From NCBI GenBank assembly GCA_965247115.1, contig CBDFGR010000002.1:1248001-1312000 (forward strand): a stretch of DNA of 64,000 nucleotides, written 5' to 3'. Position 1 is the first letter of the stretch, and the number at the start of each line of letters is the position of its first letter. The DNA comes from Myxococcota bacterium. GTDB taxonomy: Bacteria; Myxococcota_A; UBA9160; SZUA-336. The notes under the pieces are model-generated. The model searched no databases and was not told where the DNA came from. It saw only the letters and a list, made by a program, of their open reading frames with translations. Shown here one piece after another: positions 27,702 through 38,183 of the stretch. A program made the translations under genes and the position numbers.

Positions 27702-28619
27702 TTGAGCGTGCCGCTGCCACCGAACCGCGTCGACTATAGCCCCATCATCGACCGGCCCCGCATCGAGTGGCCAGACGGCGCCAGAGTTGCGTTCTGGGTC
27801 GCACCCAACATCGAGCACTACGAGTACGTGCCAGAGTTCGACGGGCGCCGAAATCCCTGGCCGCGCACCCCTTACCCGGACGTCCAGCAGTACGGCTACC
27901 GGGATTACGGCAACCGAGTGGGATTTTGGCGCATGCTCGAGGTACTCGATGGGCACCACATCAAGTGCTGTGTCTCGCTGAATCTAGCGGTTCTGGAGCA
28001 CTTCCCGGAAATCGCGGAGGCCATGATCAGCCGGGACTGGGATTACATGAGTCACGGCATCTACAACACCCGATACCTGGAAACCCTGAGCGAAGACCAA
28101 GAGCGCGAGTTCTATCGAGACTGCATCGAGACGCTGAAACGCCACACCGGCAAGATACTGAAGGGCATGCTCGGACCCGCAATATCGGGCAACATAAGAA
28201 CTCCGGACCTCATGGCCGAGGCAGGCCTCACCTACCACACCGATTGGGTGCACGACGACCAGCCCGTGCCCATTCACGTAGCCTCGGGCAAGCTGATATC
28301 CGTTCCGTACTCCTTCGAGCTCAATGACGCGCTGGTGTTCACTCGCCATTTCGAAGGAGAGTACTTCGTCGAGATCTGCAAGGCGCAGTTCGACCAGCTC
28401 TACGCAGAAGGCGAAGTGAGCGGGCGCGTCATGTGCATTGCCCTGCATCCCTTCCTGTTCGGGCAGCCGCACCGGCTCCGCTATCTGGACGAGATTCTGG
28501 GCTATGTCCGATCCCACGACGCGGTATGGCACACCACCGCCGATGAGATCGCCGATTACTACCTTGCTCACTGCTACGGCGAAGCCGTGACGCACGCCCA
28601 ACAGTTCACACAGAGGTAG
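27702..28619 (+). CDS. Polysaccharide deacetylase family protein (PuuE/allantoinase-like)
   Basis: YSPI.DRP...WP.GARVA, DYGNRVG.WR, SHG, WVHDDQP, YSFELND, IALHP..GQP.R. Confidence 0.88.
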   Translation: MSVPLPPNRVDYSPIIDRPRIEWPDGARVAFWVAPNIEHYEYVPEFDGRRNPWPRTPYPDVQQYGYRDYGNRVGFWRMLEVLDGHHIKCCVSLNLAVLEHFPEIAEAMISRDWDYMSHGIYNTRYLETLSEDQEREFYRDCIETLKRHTGKILKGMLGPAISGNIRTPDLMAEAGLTYHTDWVHDDQPVPIHVASGKLISVPYSFELNDALVFTRHFEGEYFVEICKAQFDQLYAEGEVSGRVMCIALHPFLFGQPHRLRYLDEILGYVRSHDAVWHTTADEIADYYLAHCYGEAVTHAQQFTQR

Positions 28620-28624
28620 TCAAC

Positions 28625-29542
28625 ATGCCCGCAGAGCGCCGACCCGGCATGGACCACGAGCACTATCTCTGGTCACCCATTCACACCCGCGGGACGCTTC
28701 GATGGCCAGGGGAGGCCCCACTGGCGTTCGCGATCATCGTCAGCCTAGAGCACATGGAATGGGAGCCCCCCGAAGGCGCGTATCAATCACCAGTGCTGGC
28801 GGGCGGGATCGGTCGGCGCCCTCCACCAGACTACGCTCGACTTACCCTGCGTGAGTACGGGCATCGGGTTGGCATCTTCCGGGTGCTCGACGTGCTGGAG
28901 AAGCACGGCATACCGGCCACCATTGCCATGGACGCTTTGACCGCGGAGCACTACCCCTACCTGGTTCGCCACTGCCAGTCGCGGGGCTGCGAATTCGTGA
29001 GTCATGGCATCTCGGTGAGCCGGATGATTACCAGCCGCATGAGCGAGGATGAGGAGCGCGAGTACATCCGCGCTTCCCTCGATGTCCTGACTCAAGCCAC
29101 CGGCACCGCACCAGCCGGTTGGCTGGGGCCGGAGTACGGGGAGTCGACTCGCACTCCCCAGCTGTTGGCCGATGCCGGGATTCGGTACGTGTGTGACTGG
29201 GTCAACGATGAGCAGCCCTATCCGATGACCACATCCAGCGGCGAGCTCTACGCGCTGCCGCTCGCGTTGGAGATCGACGACGTGCATGCCTTGCACGACC
29301 GTAGAGTGCCGCCATCGCGTTACGCGCGCTTATTGCTCGAGAGCGCGGAAGTGCTGCGTCAAGACGGGGCCCAAAACGGCCGCGTCATGGTGCTCCACCT
29401 GCACCCGTGGCTCAGCGGCCAACCATTTCGAATCGGCGCCCTCGACCGCGCACTCGGCGATCTGATGGAACCAGGCGAAGTGTGGGCCGCCACCGGTAGC
29501 GACATCATCAACTGGTACCGAGACCATCCGCCTAGCGACTGA
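28625..29542 (+). CDS. Polysaccharide deacetylase family protein (PuuE-like), second paralog
   Basis: EYGHRVGIFR, SHG, GWLGP, DWVNDEQPY, LHLHPWLSGQPFR. Confidence 0.88.
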   Translation: MPAERRPGMDHEHYLWSPIHTRGTLRWPGEAPLAFAIIVSLEHMEWEPPEGAYQSPVLAGGIGRRPPPDYARLTLREYGHRVGIFRVLDVLEKHGIPATIAMDALTAEHYPYLVRHCQSRGCEFVSHGISVSRMITSRMSEDEEREYIRASLDVLTQATGTAPAGWLGPEYGESTRTPQLLADAGIRYVCDWVNDEQPYPMTTSSGELYALPLALEIDDVHALHDRRVPPSRYARLLLESAEVLRQDGAQNGRVMVLHLHPWLSGQPFRIGALDRALGDLMEPGEVWAATGSDIINWYRDHPPSD

Positions 29543-29755
29543 GCAACCACCCAAGCTGTGGGCCCCGGACCGCTTCAAACGGACCCAGGCGCTCCGGCGA
29601 GAAGTGGACAATCAGTTCAGCTTCGGCCGGGCGTAGCCATCCTGCGCAAGCGGCATCTCGCACGCCGGGCGGAAGCTGCTTGCGCCGCACTTAAGCCAGG
29701 CCGTAAGATCGTTCTCCACAAATTGGCGAAGAGTGGGGAAAGGGGAGGGCTACCG

Positions 29756-30811
29756 ATGTCCAGCGAGCTACTCGGCCTACAAGGGTCGGTCACGGCAGAT
29801 GAAGAGATCCCGATCCTCGATGTTGGGCCTTTTCTCAGGAGGGAACACGGGGCCCTGCCCCGACTCGCCAAGGAAGTGCTATACGCCCTCGAGAGCATCG
29901 GGTTCTTCTTCATCAGGAACCACGGAGTGTCCCAGGATCTGATCGATCGTGTGTTCGCGGAGAGCACGCGCTTTCACGAGCTTCCGCTCGAGCGGAAGAT
30001 GGCGCTCGTAGTCAACGAGAGCCTCAGCGGGTATCTGCCGTCCGGGAACCAGCAAATCAAGAGCTTCGAGGGCATGCAGGACAACAAGCCGGACCTGGTC
30101 GAGGCTTTCTTCATGGCACGCGAGTCCGGAACGAATTCGGATGGCCCGGAGGGGCTGTTCAGCCCGCGCGGCAACCAGTGGCCGGAAGGCCTGCCCGGCT
30201 TCCGCGAGACGCTGATCGAGTACTCCGATACCCTCGAGGCTCTCTGCGAACGTCTGTTGCCGGTCTACGCGAGCGCCCTCGATCTTTCGACGGACTTCTT
30301 CGACGAGGCCTTTCTCGACGGTAAAGCTCGCTGCGCCCAGCGCCTGTCCCGCTATCCGTCGATCGAGCTCGAAGAAAACCAATACAATACGGCGCCGCAC
30401 TGTGACGGCTCCTTCATCACTCTCCTGGCGCAGTCGAAGGTTCCGGGCCTACAGATACGCAGCCAGTCGGGGAAGTGGTTCAAGGCTCCCGCTCTGGATG
30501 GCTGCTTTCTGGTCAATTCCGGTGAACTGTTGAGAATGTGGAGCAACGACCGCTTCCTCTCGACGACACACCGCGTAATCAACGCCTCGGGCGGGGACCG
30601 CTATGCGATTCCGTTCTTCTACTTTCCGAACCCGGATACGCTGATTGAGTGCATGGAGACCTGTAAGGGTCCCGACAACCCGCCCCGCTATGAGCCGATC
30701 ACCGTGGGTGAGTACTCGGAGTGGTTCGCGAGCAAGAACCTTCGCCACTACGGACCCCGAGGCCACCCCTCTCGAGGAGTATCTGGGCCAAGTCGGTTGC
30801 ACCGGCCTTAG
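29756..30811 (+). CDS. Isopenicillin N synthase family 2OG-Fe(II) oxygenase
   Basis: GFFFIRNHG, NQWP..LPGFR, HxD (PHCDG), distal His (THRV), RYAIPFF; the C-terminus runs into a foreign fragment. Confidence 0.88.
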   Translation: MSSELLGLQGSVTADEEIPILDVGPFLRREHGALPRLAKEVLYALESIGFFFIRNHGVSQDLIDRVFAESTRFHELPLERKMALVVNESLSGYLPSGNQQIKSFEGMQDNKPDLVEAFFMARESGTNSDGPEGLFSPRGNQWPEGLPGFRETLIEYSDTLEALCERLLPVYASALDLSTDFFDEAFLDGKARCAQRLSRYPSIELEENQYNTAPHCDGSFITLLAQSKVPGLQIRSQSGKWFKAPALDGCFLVNSGELLRMWSNDRFLSTTHRVINASGGDRYAIPFFYFPNPDTLIECMETCKGPDNPPRYEPITVGEYSEWFASKNLRHYGPRGHPSRGVSGPSRLHRP

Positions 30812-30950
30812 CTTGATGGCAGAGCGAGGCGATGTTGAGGTCGTCGACAGGATTCAGAAGTTCATGATCGGTTGCAACTGGAAGCTGGCAGTCGACAAGC
30901 TCTTTGACTGGTACCACCCACAGGTCACCCATGCGTCGGCCTTCTTTCCG
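30750..30950 (+). pseudogene. Internal fragment of a ring-hydroxylating dioxygenase alpha subunit
   Basis: LEEYLG...CNWKLAVD.LFDWYHPQVTHAS mononuclear-iron motif; no start, no Rieske domain. Confidence 0.7.
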
Positions 30951-31422
30951 AACGGGTCCGCCCGTGGCTCGATCCCATGACCGGGTACTGCTCCGCGGCG
31001 TAGCCGTGTGCCTTCTCGACTGCGTCGACCCAGTATTGGTCGTGCTTATCCTTCCCGTCGCGCTCGGCCCGCAGGTATTGGATCGCGTGCTCGATCTCCC
31101 AGCCCTCCAGCTTGGGGGCCGCGCCGGACCGCCAGTAGGGTCGCGATGGACATGTCGATGCCGCTGCCGCTGTCATCCTCAAGTCCCTCAGTGTCCCCTT
31201 CTACTCGGGTGGAGAGCCTCAGATCGCGCTTGAGAGCCTCCGCGGCGCGAGGCAGCCACGGCTGCCGCGCCGTTCACGATCCAGGCGGCGAGCTGCGCGA
31301 GCACGAGATTCGTGGCGCGGACGTTCACATGCTTCGTTCCGTCTTCGAAACGCTCGGTTCGGATGATTTGGGACGCTGGCGCGACCCAGAGGAAGGCTGA
31401 CCGACCCGTACCCTCGTCATAC

Positions 31423-31869
31423 GTGAGGTTGCCAGGGATCGCCTTCGCCCTGGTGATGTTGGCCGCGGCGTGCGGAGACAGCGACAACGACGAGGCCGCC
31501 CAGCCCGGGACGACGGCTGTGGCTGCGCCGACAACAGCGGCGCCGGCCACCACCTCAGCTACGCCCGCGACTACCGCAGCCGCCCCGGCAACGACTACGG
31601 CACCAGCCGAGCTCACCATGACCGTTGCCGAGTTCGCCGATGGCGCGGCGATACCAGTGGCGAATCCTTGTGGCGGTGAGGATTTGATCCCGACGATCAA
31701 CTGGACAGGCGTGCCCGATGGGACAGTCAGCCTGGTGCTCATCGTCGACGATCCGGACGCCCCGCAGGACCCCATCTTCGTGGTGGCTTCCACCAAAGGG
31801 CGACATCGTCGGCGCGATCGCCAACTCGATCCTCGCCGAGGCGACCTACACCGGCACTACGACCGGTAG
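31423..31869 (+). pseudogene. YbhB/YbcL (PEBP-like) lipoprotein with an internal deletion
   Basis: Lipobox LAAAC, Thr/Ala/Pro-rich linker, P.I.W.GVP.GT.SL.LIVDDPDAP; the HW/PCPP core is missing and the C-terminal piece is in another frame. Confidence 0.65.
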
Positions 31870-31880
31870 AACACGCAGCG

Positions 31881-33059
31881 TCAGGGGAGGGGGATGTTGT
31901 ACAGCTCGACGGCGTTGTCCTGCAGGATCTGCTTCAAAACCGCGGGTTCGAGCCCGGAGAGGGTCTCCCGCACCCGGTCAAGCGGCTTCGGGTAGAGGCA
32001 GGTCGCGTGGGGGAAGTCGGTCTCGAACATCACGCTCTGGGGGCCGATCCAGTCGAGCAGGTGGGTGAGGCCGACGGTCTCGAACCAGAAGCACCCGTAG
32101 AACTGTCGTCGGAAGTACTCCGACGGCAGCATCGAGAGTCGCTTCCGGTCTCTCGGCGCGCTCTCGCCGAGCTGGTAGTCGAGGGCTTCGAGGAAGAACG
32201 GGATCCACCCGATCCCGCTCTCGACCGACACGAACTTCAGCTCCGGGAATCGCTCAGGGACGGCTGCGTAGATGAGGTTGCTGAGGACGCGGGCGTTACC
32301 GAGGAAGAGGTTCGCCGACCCGATCGCCAGCTTCGACTCAGAGCTCATCGACGGCCACGGCGACCCCTGGCCGAAGAAGTCCAACACCGTCTTGGACGAC
32401 CCGATGTGGAAGTTCACCGGCATCTTCAAGGCCTGGCAAACCTCCCAGAACGGATACCAGTCCTCGGTCCCGAGATCGGGCATACCAGCCTCCTCGGGAT
32501 TCGAGCACGTGACCACGCCCTTCAGCCCGAGCTCGTGGCAGCGCTCGACCTCGGCCACCGATGCTTCGATATCCCACCAAGGCATGAGCGCCATGCCGAA
32601 GACCCTCTGGCCCGACTCCTCCTGCATCTCGGCCATGGCGTCGTTGTAGATCTCGGCACAAGCGATACGCAGGGCCTTGTCCTCGACCCTAATGAAGCTC
32701 TGGTTCCCGAAGCCAGCCACGTTCGGGTACATCACCTGAGCCCAGATGCCGAGCTCGTCCATCAGGGCGGTCCGAGCCCCCATCTCCCACGAAGCCGGGT
32801 GCACCTCCTCGGTGTTCTTGCGAAGGAACTCGACGCCGAGCACCTTCCCGCCGTCTGGGGCGATCACGCTGACGGCGGACGTGTAGGCGATCTCTATGTC
32901 GCCATCGACGATCCACCGCAGGCCCTTGGCCCCCTCCTTGATCTGGGGAACGCGATCCCGGTAGGCGGCTGGCGCCCTGGAAGTCCAGAGGTCAGGCGGC
33001 TCGGAAAGGTGCGTATCGGCGTCGATGATTCGGAGGTCGTCGAGCAGGTCTTCGGCCAT
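31881..33059 (-). CDS. Amidohydrolase family protein (Amidohydro_2)
   Basis: IIDADTH..EP, PVNFH, VESG.GW.P, FETDFPH. Confidence 0.9.
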   Translation of the reverse strand: MAEDLLDDLRIIDADTHLSEPPDLWTSRAPAAYRDRVPQIKEGAKGLRWIVDGDIEIAYTSAVSVIAPDGGKVLGVEFLRKNTEEVHPASWEMGARTALMDELGIWAQVMYPNVAGFGNQSFIRVEDKALRIACAEIYNDAMAEMQEESGQRVFGMALMPWWDIEASVAEVERCHELGLKGVVTCSNPEEAGMPDLGTEDWYPFWEVCQALKMPVNFHIGSSKTVLDFFGQGSPWPSMSSESKLAIGSANLFLGNARVLSNLIYAAVPERFPELKFVSVESGIGWIPFFLEALDYQLGESAPRDRKRLSMLPSEYFRRQFYGCFWFETVGLTHLLDWIGPQSVMFETDFPHATCLYPKPLDRVRETLSGLEPAVLKQILQDNAVELYNIPLP

Positions 33060-33350
33060 GGCCTAGATTCTCCTCTCGGGTGGCTCCCAGCCCCTGCTTG
33101 GCCGCGGGGCGCTCGCGCCAACTGTCGTCGGCGAACGGGTTCGAACGATCTTACGGTCTGGGCTAAGTGCGGCGCAAGCAGCTTCCGCCCGGCGTGCGAG
33201 ATGCCGCTCGCGCAGGATGGCTGCCCGGGGGCGGGTCGTCGATCTGCTCGACGGAGATCTTTCCGATCGGGGAGCTGTTCACGAGCGGCCGCCCATAGCA
33301 CGTGGGCGCTCGGCCCGTCCCCTTCCGGGAATCGGGGTAGACTGCTCTGC

Positions 33351-34223
33351 ATGAAGTTTGGCTTCCTCAGCTCGAATCACGTCGGTGGACCCCGTCCGGA
33401 TGTCCTCGCTAAGGAGCTCGAAGACCGGGGCTTCGACTCGGTGTGGATGCCAGAGCACACCCACATCCCGGTCAGCCGCGATTCGGCGTACCCGTTCGGC
33501 GGCGAGCTTCCCGACGGCTACTGGCACATGATGGATCCGTTCGTCTCGCTGATGGCCGCGGCGGGCGCGACCTCGAGAATCAAGCTCTGCACCGGCATCT
33601 GTCTCGTTCTGCAGCACGACGTGCTCGACCTGGCCTGCACCGTGGCGACACTCGACGCCCTGTCGGGCGGGCGAGTCCTGCTCGGGATCGGCGTGGGGTG
33701 GAACGAGGAGGAGCTCGCGAATCATCGGCCCGACCTCCCGTTCAAGCAGCGGTACTCGGCCATGCGCGAGCGGGTCGAGGCCCTGCGAACGATCTGGACC
33801 AGCGAAGAGCCGGCGTATCAGGGCCGCTGGGACCGCTTCACGGCGTCGTGGGTCTATCCCAAGCCGAATCAACAGCCCGTGCCCATCGCTCTCGGCAACG
33901 CCGGCCCCGTCGGGATCGGTCACGCCGCTGAGTACGCCGACGCGTGGTGTCCGATCGACACGGTGCTCGTCCAGATCGGCGGTCCCGCCACGGCGATCGA
34001 GATGTTCCGCGACCTCGCGGCCAAGGCGGATCGGGATCCCGAGACGATCCCGATCAGCATCTTCTCGTGGGGGCCGCCGAATCCGAGCCGCTACGAGCAG
34101 TACCGGAGCCTGGGCGTGGAGCGCATCGTGCTGCTCCCGCCCTCGATGAACACGGCCGAGTCCGATCGCACACTCCCCTACCTCGACGAGGCCGCGCCGG
34201 TCATTGCGGAGTTAGGCGACTGA
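33351..34223 (+). CDS. LLM-class, probably F420-dependent oxidoreductase (Rv2161c-like)
   Basis: GFDSVWMPEHTHIP, DPFVSL, ATLDALSGGR..LG.GVGWN.EE, PKP.Q. Confidence 0.85.
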   Translation: MKFGFLSSNHVGGPRPDVLAKELEDRGFDSVWMPEHTHIPVSRDSAYPFGGELPDGYWHMMDPFVSLMAAAGATSRIKLCTGICLVLQHDVLDLACTVATLDALSGGRVLLGIGVGWNEEELANHRPDLPFKQRYSAMRERVEALRTIWTSEEPAYQGRWDRFTASWVYPKPNQQPVPIALGNAGPVGIGHAAEYADAWCPIDTVLVQIGGPATAIEMFRDLAAKADRDPETIPISIFSWGPPNPSRYEQYRSLGVERIVLLPPSMNTAESDRTLPYLDEAAPVIAELGD

Positions 34224-34261
34224 GGAGCGCTCGCGTGCACAGTGAGGACCAACGGTAGAGG

Positions 34262-34400
34262 ATGCCCCCGCTCGCGGGGCTCCGCGTCGTGGAGATCTCA
34301 CTCTACGTCCAGGGGCCGATCGCCGGCCTGCCCCTCGCCAGCTTGGGTGCCGACATCGTCAAGATCGAGCAGGTCGGAAGAACCGACTCGATGCGAGCTA
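34262..34400 (+). pseudogene. N-terminal fragment of a CoA-transferase family III (CaiB/BaiF)
   Basis: PLAGLRVVE.....GP.....LA.LGADIVKIE; truncated at the end of the convergent gene. Confidence 0.75.
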
Positions 34401-34402
34401 GC

Positions 34403-35236
34403 CTACTCCTTGATCCCCAAAAACCGACTAATCAGCTGTTGCGTCAGAGCGGCGCCGGGCAAGGTGAGCCCCAGGTCATGGCCCAGCTCTAAGGCTAGCT
34501 GCAGGTCCTTATGCATCAGCTGCATGAGGCCTTGTGGGCCGTTGGTGTAGGTGTCTTTGTAGTCACGCTGGCGAACCCAGTTGTCGGCGACTTTGCTCTG
34601 GCCGGCGCTGGCTTTGACAACTTCTTGGAACATAGTGAGATCAAGCCCGGCGGTTTCGGCCAGTTTCATGCCCTCGGAGGCGGACAGCATATTGATGTAG
34701 GCAATAAGATTATGAGCTAGTTTGGCTATTGAGCCCATGCCCAGATCGCCTAGATGGAAGATGTTTGCTCCCGATGTCTCAAACACGGGCCGACATTTTT
34801 CAAACGCGGCCTGGTCGCCACCGACCATGTAACACAGCGTCTGGGCTTCTGCGCCACGTTCGCCACCACTGACTTCAGCATCGATAACGCTCACCCCGCG
34901 TGCCTCGGCCAGCTCGGCGATTTTGCGGATCGTTCTAGGATGCACGGTGCTATGAATCGCAATGACGCTGCCGGGCTTGGCACCGCTTAGGACTCCACCT
35001 TCTTCGAGCGTGACTGCCTCGACCTGGGCGTCGTCTACCACAACGAGTTCGATGATCTCGCCGTGGGCACCAATTTCGTTCGCAGAATGCGCAGTCTTCG
35101 CCCCAGCAGCAGCCAGCTCGACCAGCGGTTCCTCTCGTAGATCATAAGCCATAAGGTCAAAACCAGCCTTGGCCACATTGAGGGCCATGGGTTTGCCAAT
35201 ATTTCCAAGACCGATAAAACCGACGCGTGTTGTCAT
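34403..35236 (-). CDS. NAD(P)-dependent beta-hydroxyacid dehydrogenase (3-hydroxyisobutyrate dehydrogenase family)
   Basis: [23 protein letters not shown], catalytic AKLAHN, KDL; visibly lower GC than the flanks. Confidence 0.9.
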   Translation of the reverse strand: MTTRVGFIGLGNIGKPMALNVAKAGFDLMAYDLREEPLVELAAAGAKTAHSANEIGAHGEIIELVVVDDAQVEAVTLEEGGVLSGAKPGSVIAIHSTVHPRTIRKIAELAEARGVSVIDAEVSGGERGAEAQTLCYMVGGDQAAFEKCRPVFETSGANIFHLGDLGMGSIAKLAHNLIAYINMLSASEGMKLAETAGLDLTMFQEVVKASAGQSKVADNWVRQRDYKDTYTNGPQGLMQLMHKDLQLALELGHDLGLTLPGAALTQQLISRFLGIKE

Positions 35237-35254
35237 TGTGTGTCTCTCCACATC

Positions 35255-35400
35255 GTGTACGTGATCATGGCTTCCGCCAACCGCGATCCGCGCTTTATAG
35301 CCCCAGACACCTTGGACATATTGCGCGAAGACAACAAGCACCTTGCCTTCGGTGGCGGAATCCACTTCTGCCCGGGCGCCCCGCTCGCCAGGCTCGTGGC
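35255..35400 (+). pseudogene. C-terminal fragment of a cytochrome P450
   Basis: [31 protein letters not shown] heme-binding signature only. Confidence 0.8.
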
Positions 35401-35406
35401 GGCGCC

Positions 35407-36558
35407 TCAGTCGAGCTTGTAGATCCGGCGCACGTTGCTGCCCAGCACGTTGCGGCGCGTCTCGGGGGTGAGCGGCTTCACGAAGTTCTCGAGCGAACGC
35501 ACCCAGGAGTGCGGGTGGTCAAAGTGAGGGTAGTCTGTTGCCCACATGAAGTTGCCGGCGCCCACGTGGTCGATGATGTGGGGGGCGGCCGTCTCGTCGG
35601 GGTCGCCCGAGATGAAGCACTGCCGGCGAAAGTACTCCGCGGCTGTCGGGCCCGGCTTGACCTTCCGCAGGTTCATCGCGTCGCTCATCCCGTCTATCCG
35701 GTCGAGCACAGAGCCGATCCAGCCGGAGCTCGACTCCAAGATGCCCAGGCGCAGGGTCGGGAAGCGGTCCAGCGTGCCGTAGGCCAGGAAGGAGAAGAAG
35801 GACTGCTGCACCCACGCGCGGACGAAGAGCCCGGCCGCAATGAAAGCGTCATTCTCGCGGGTCCACTCGAAGAGGTCGCCGTTGATGGATCCCGGAACGA
35901 AGGTAGGGTGCAGCGCAATCGGCACGTCCAGCTCCACCGCCTTGGCGTAGATCGGGTCGTGGTCGGGGTGCCCGTGGGGGACTTTGCTGTGGCTGAACGG
36001 AGCCAGATACGCGCCCTTGCAGCCGTCGCGCACCGCGCGCTCCAGCTCGATCGCTGCGGCCTCCGGGTCAAGCAACGTCAGGTGGGCGATTGGGACCAGG
36101 CGACCGCCAGAGTCGCGGCAGAGGTCCGCGATCCAGCGGTTGTACGCGCGTTGGTAGGCCACGGTGATCTCCGGGTCGGTGACCGCCCACTCCCAGAGCA
36201 GCCCAATGCTCGGGTAGAGCAGCGCCTTCTCCAGGTTCTCTCGGTCGAGTAGCTCCAGCCGCTCCTTCGGGTCGGCAGCGCCGTACGGGATGTGGTCCAT
36301 GTAGCGGCGCTCGGGGCTCGGGCGCGGGTCCTCTTCCCCCATGGCGCCGATGACCCCGAGCGAGCCCCTGTTGGTCCGCTCCGACTTCCGCCCATCGATC
36401 TCGAGGTACTCCAGGCCCTCGTCGTCGACCTGGATGCGCATCGCGCGCGACTTGTATCTCTGCTCCAGGTAGTCCTCCCAGAGGGTCGCGGGCTCCAGGA
36501 CGTGGCCGTCGGCGTCGATCGTGCCGTCGTAAGGAAAGCGCAGGATCTCGTAGGCCAT
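35407..36558 (-). CDS. Amidohydrolase family protein (Amidohydro_2)
   Basis: [29 protein letters not shown]. Confidence 0.9.
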   Translation of the reverse strand: MAYEILRFPYDGTIDADGHVLEPATLWEDYLEQRYKSRAMRIQVDDEGLEYLEIDGRKSERTNRGSLGVIGAMGEEDPRPSPERRYMDHIPYGAADPKERLELLDRENLEKALLYPSIGLLWEWAVTDPEITVAYQRAYNRWIADLCRDSGGRLVPIAHLTLLDPEAAAIELERAVRDGCKGAYLAPFSHSKVPHGHPDHDPIYAKAVELDVPIALHPTFVPGSINGDLFEWTRENDAFIAAGLFVRAWVQQSFFSFLAYGTLDRFPTLRLGILESSSGWIGSVLDRIDGMSDAMNLRKVKPGPTAAEYFRRQCFISGDPDETAAPHIIDHVGAGNFMWATDYPHFDHPHSWVRSLENFVKPLTPETRRNVLGSNVRRIYKLD

Positions 36559-36760
36559 CGCAGGGCTCCTATCGGATAGGGCGCCCAGTATACACGCTCC
36601 CGCCGACGCCAAGGAGCCGCCCGTACTCTCCGTGACCGTCACGTGAGCGTGTAGCCGCCGCTCTTGCGCCCTCGCATTGGCACTCCGGGATCGGACGAAA
36701 GGCAATTGTCAAGAGCACGAAAGCCCTTTTAGACTGTCCGATGGCTCAAAGGAGTGCGAC

Positions 36761-37630
36761 ATGGCGGAGCGGACCCTCAAGGCGAACGGGATCGAGATCT
36801 GGACGGAGGACTTTGGAGACCCCTCCAATCCCCCAATCCTCTTGATCATGGCAGCGACCGCCCAGGGCCTGCATTGGCCGGAGGCGTTCTGCGAGCAACT
36901 GGTCGCGGGGGGGCGGTACGTCATTCGCTACGACAACCGCGATACCGGCCAGACCACCTGTTTCGACTTTGCAACCGACCCCTACACGCTCGACGACATG
37001 GCCCGAGACGCGGTGGGCGTACTCGAAGGCTACGGGCTGGAGTCGGCCCACGTGGTCGGGGCGTCGATGGGCGGGATGATCGCCCAGATCTTGGCCCTCG
37101 ACTTCCCAGAGCGCGTGCGCACCCTGACCCTCGTCTTCTCGTCACCGGTCTCGAACGTGGCCGGACGCGACGTGATGCAGGAGCCGGGTGAGCTCCCCGG
37201 GCCCACACAGCCGGTTCTGGACATGCTGGCCGAACGCGCGGAGCGGCCGCCGCAGACGCGGGCCGAGCGCATCGAGGCCGGCGTGAAGCTGTGGCGCACC
37301 ATGAGCGGCAGCTTCGCCCCCTTCGACGAGAGCTGGTTTGGAGCGCTCGAGACCCGCTGCGTCGACCGCGCGTTGAACCACGACGCGGCGTTCAATCACG
37401 CTTTGATCAGCCCCCACACCCCCCCCCGCCCCGACGCATTGAAGGCGCTTCGCCTGCCCACCCTGGTGATCCACGGCACTGAGGACCCGATCCTCCCCCA
37501 CGCGCACGGGGTCGCCCTGGCGGATCAGATCGAGGGCACGAAACTCGTGTCGATCGAGGGCCTCGGTCACGAGCTACCGCCGGCGGCGTTTGAGCGCTTC
37601 TCCGACGCGATTCTGAGCCACACCTCGTGA
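36761..37630 (+). CDS. Alpha/beta hydrolase (RdmC-like esterase)
   Basis: IRYDNRDTG, nucleophile GASMGG, HGTEDP, GHE. Confidence 0.9.
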   Translation: MAERTLKANGIEIWTEDFGDPSNPPILLIMAATAQGLHWPEAFCEQLVAGGRYVIRYDNRDTGQTTCFDFATDPYTLDDMARDAVGVLEGYGLESAHVVGASMGGMIAQILALDFPERVRTLTLVFSSPVSNVAGRDVMQEPGELPGPTQPVLDMLAERAERPPQTRAERIEAGVKLWRTMSGSFAPFDESWFGALETRCVDRALNHDAAFNHALISPHTPPRPDALKALRLPTLVIHGTEDPILPHAHGVALADQIEGTKLVSIEGLGHELPPAAFERFSDAILSHTS

Positions 37631-38183
37631 CCCGCGCAGGCGGGCACCGCGGAGCACACGGCACTGAGCTGCACGGATGCGGCCGTCAGGTGTGAACTAA
37701 CCGTCGTCGTAACGCCCGAGGTCAGACGAAAATATTGTCTCCGACGCCCATCATGCGGGAGACGCCCTCATTTTCCTGGGGTGCCGATGGCCCGTCCCGG
37801 TCCGTCGGGTAGGGGTGCCACGGACGGAGCGCGTCGTTGAGCTCGGGGTACTTCTGAACCGCCTTGGCGTTGTCGCCAACGGCTACCGTCTCAGACCACG
37901 TGTGAATGGGTTAGAGGTAGCTGCGCCCGTGGCATCAGAGCTTGGAGCTCCTCCAGGATCGCCTTCATGGGCCCGGACACGTCCGCGCGTGTACCGGTCA
38001 TCGAGCTTTCTCCATCTTGCTAGTTCGCGTGCGACTACCCGATCTTTAGGCCAGCTCTTGCATCCCTACTGCGATAGGACGACTCAGAGTGACCCCAGTT
38101 TCGCTTGACAACAGGGCTTCGCCGTGACGCAATCCTGTAGTCATTGCTACATGAAATGGTGCTTGTGCACTCGGAGGGAGACC

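Noticed and set aside
32007..34223. 738-aa ORF as a fusion protein
   Set aside because: The upstream part is antisense to the amidohydrolase; the LLM gene starts at 33351
37690..37845. Integron attC-like site (…CTAAC…GTTGAGC)
   Set aside because: The arms are not complementary, the box consensus is imperfect and there is no IntI
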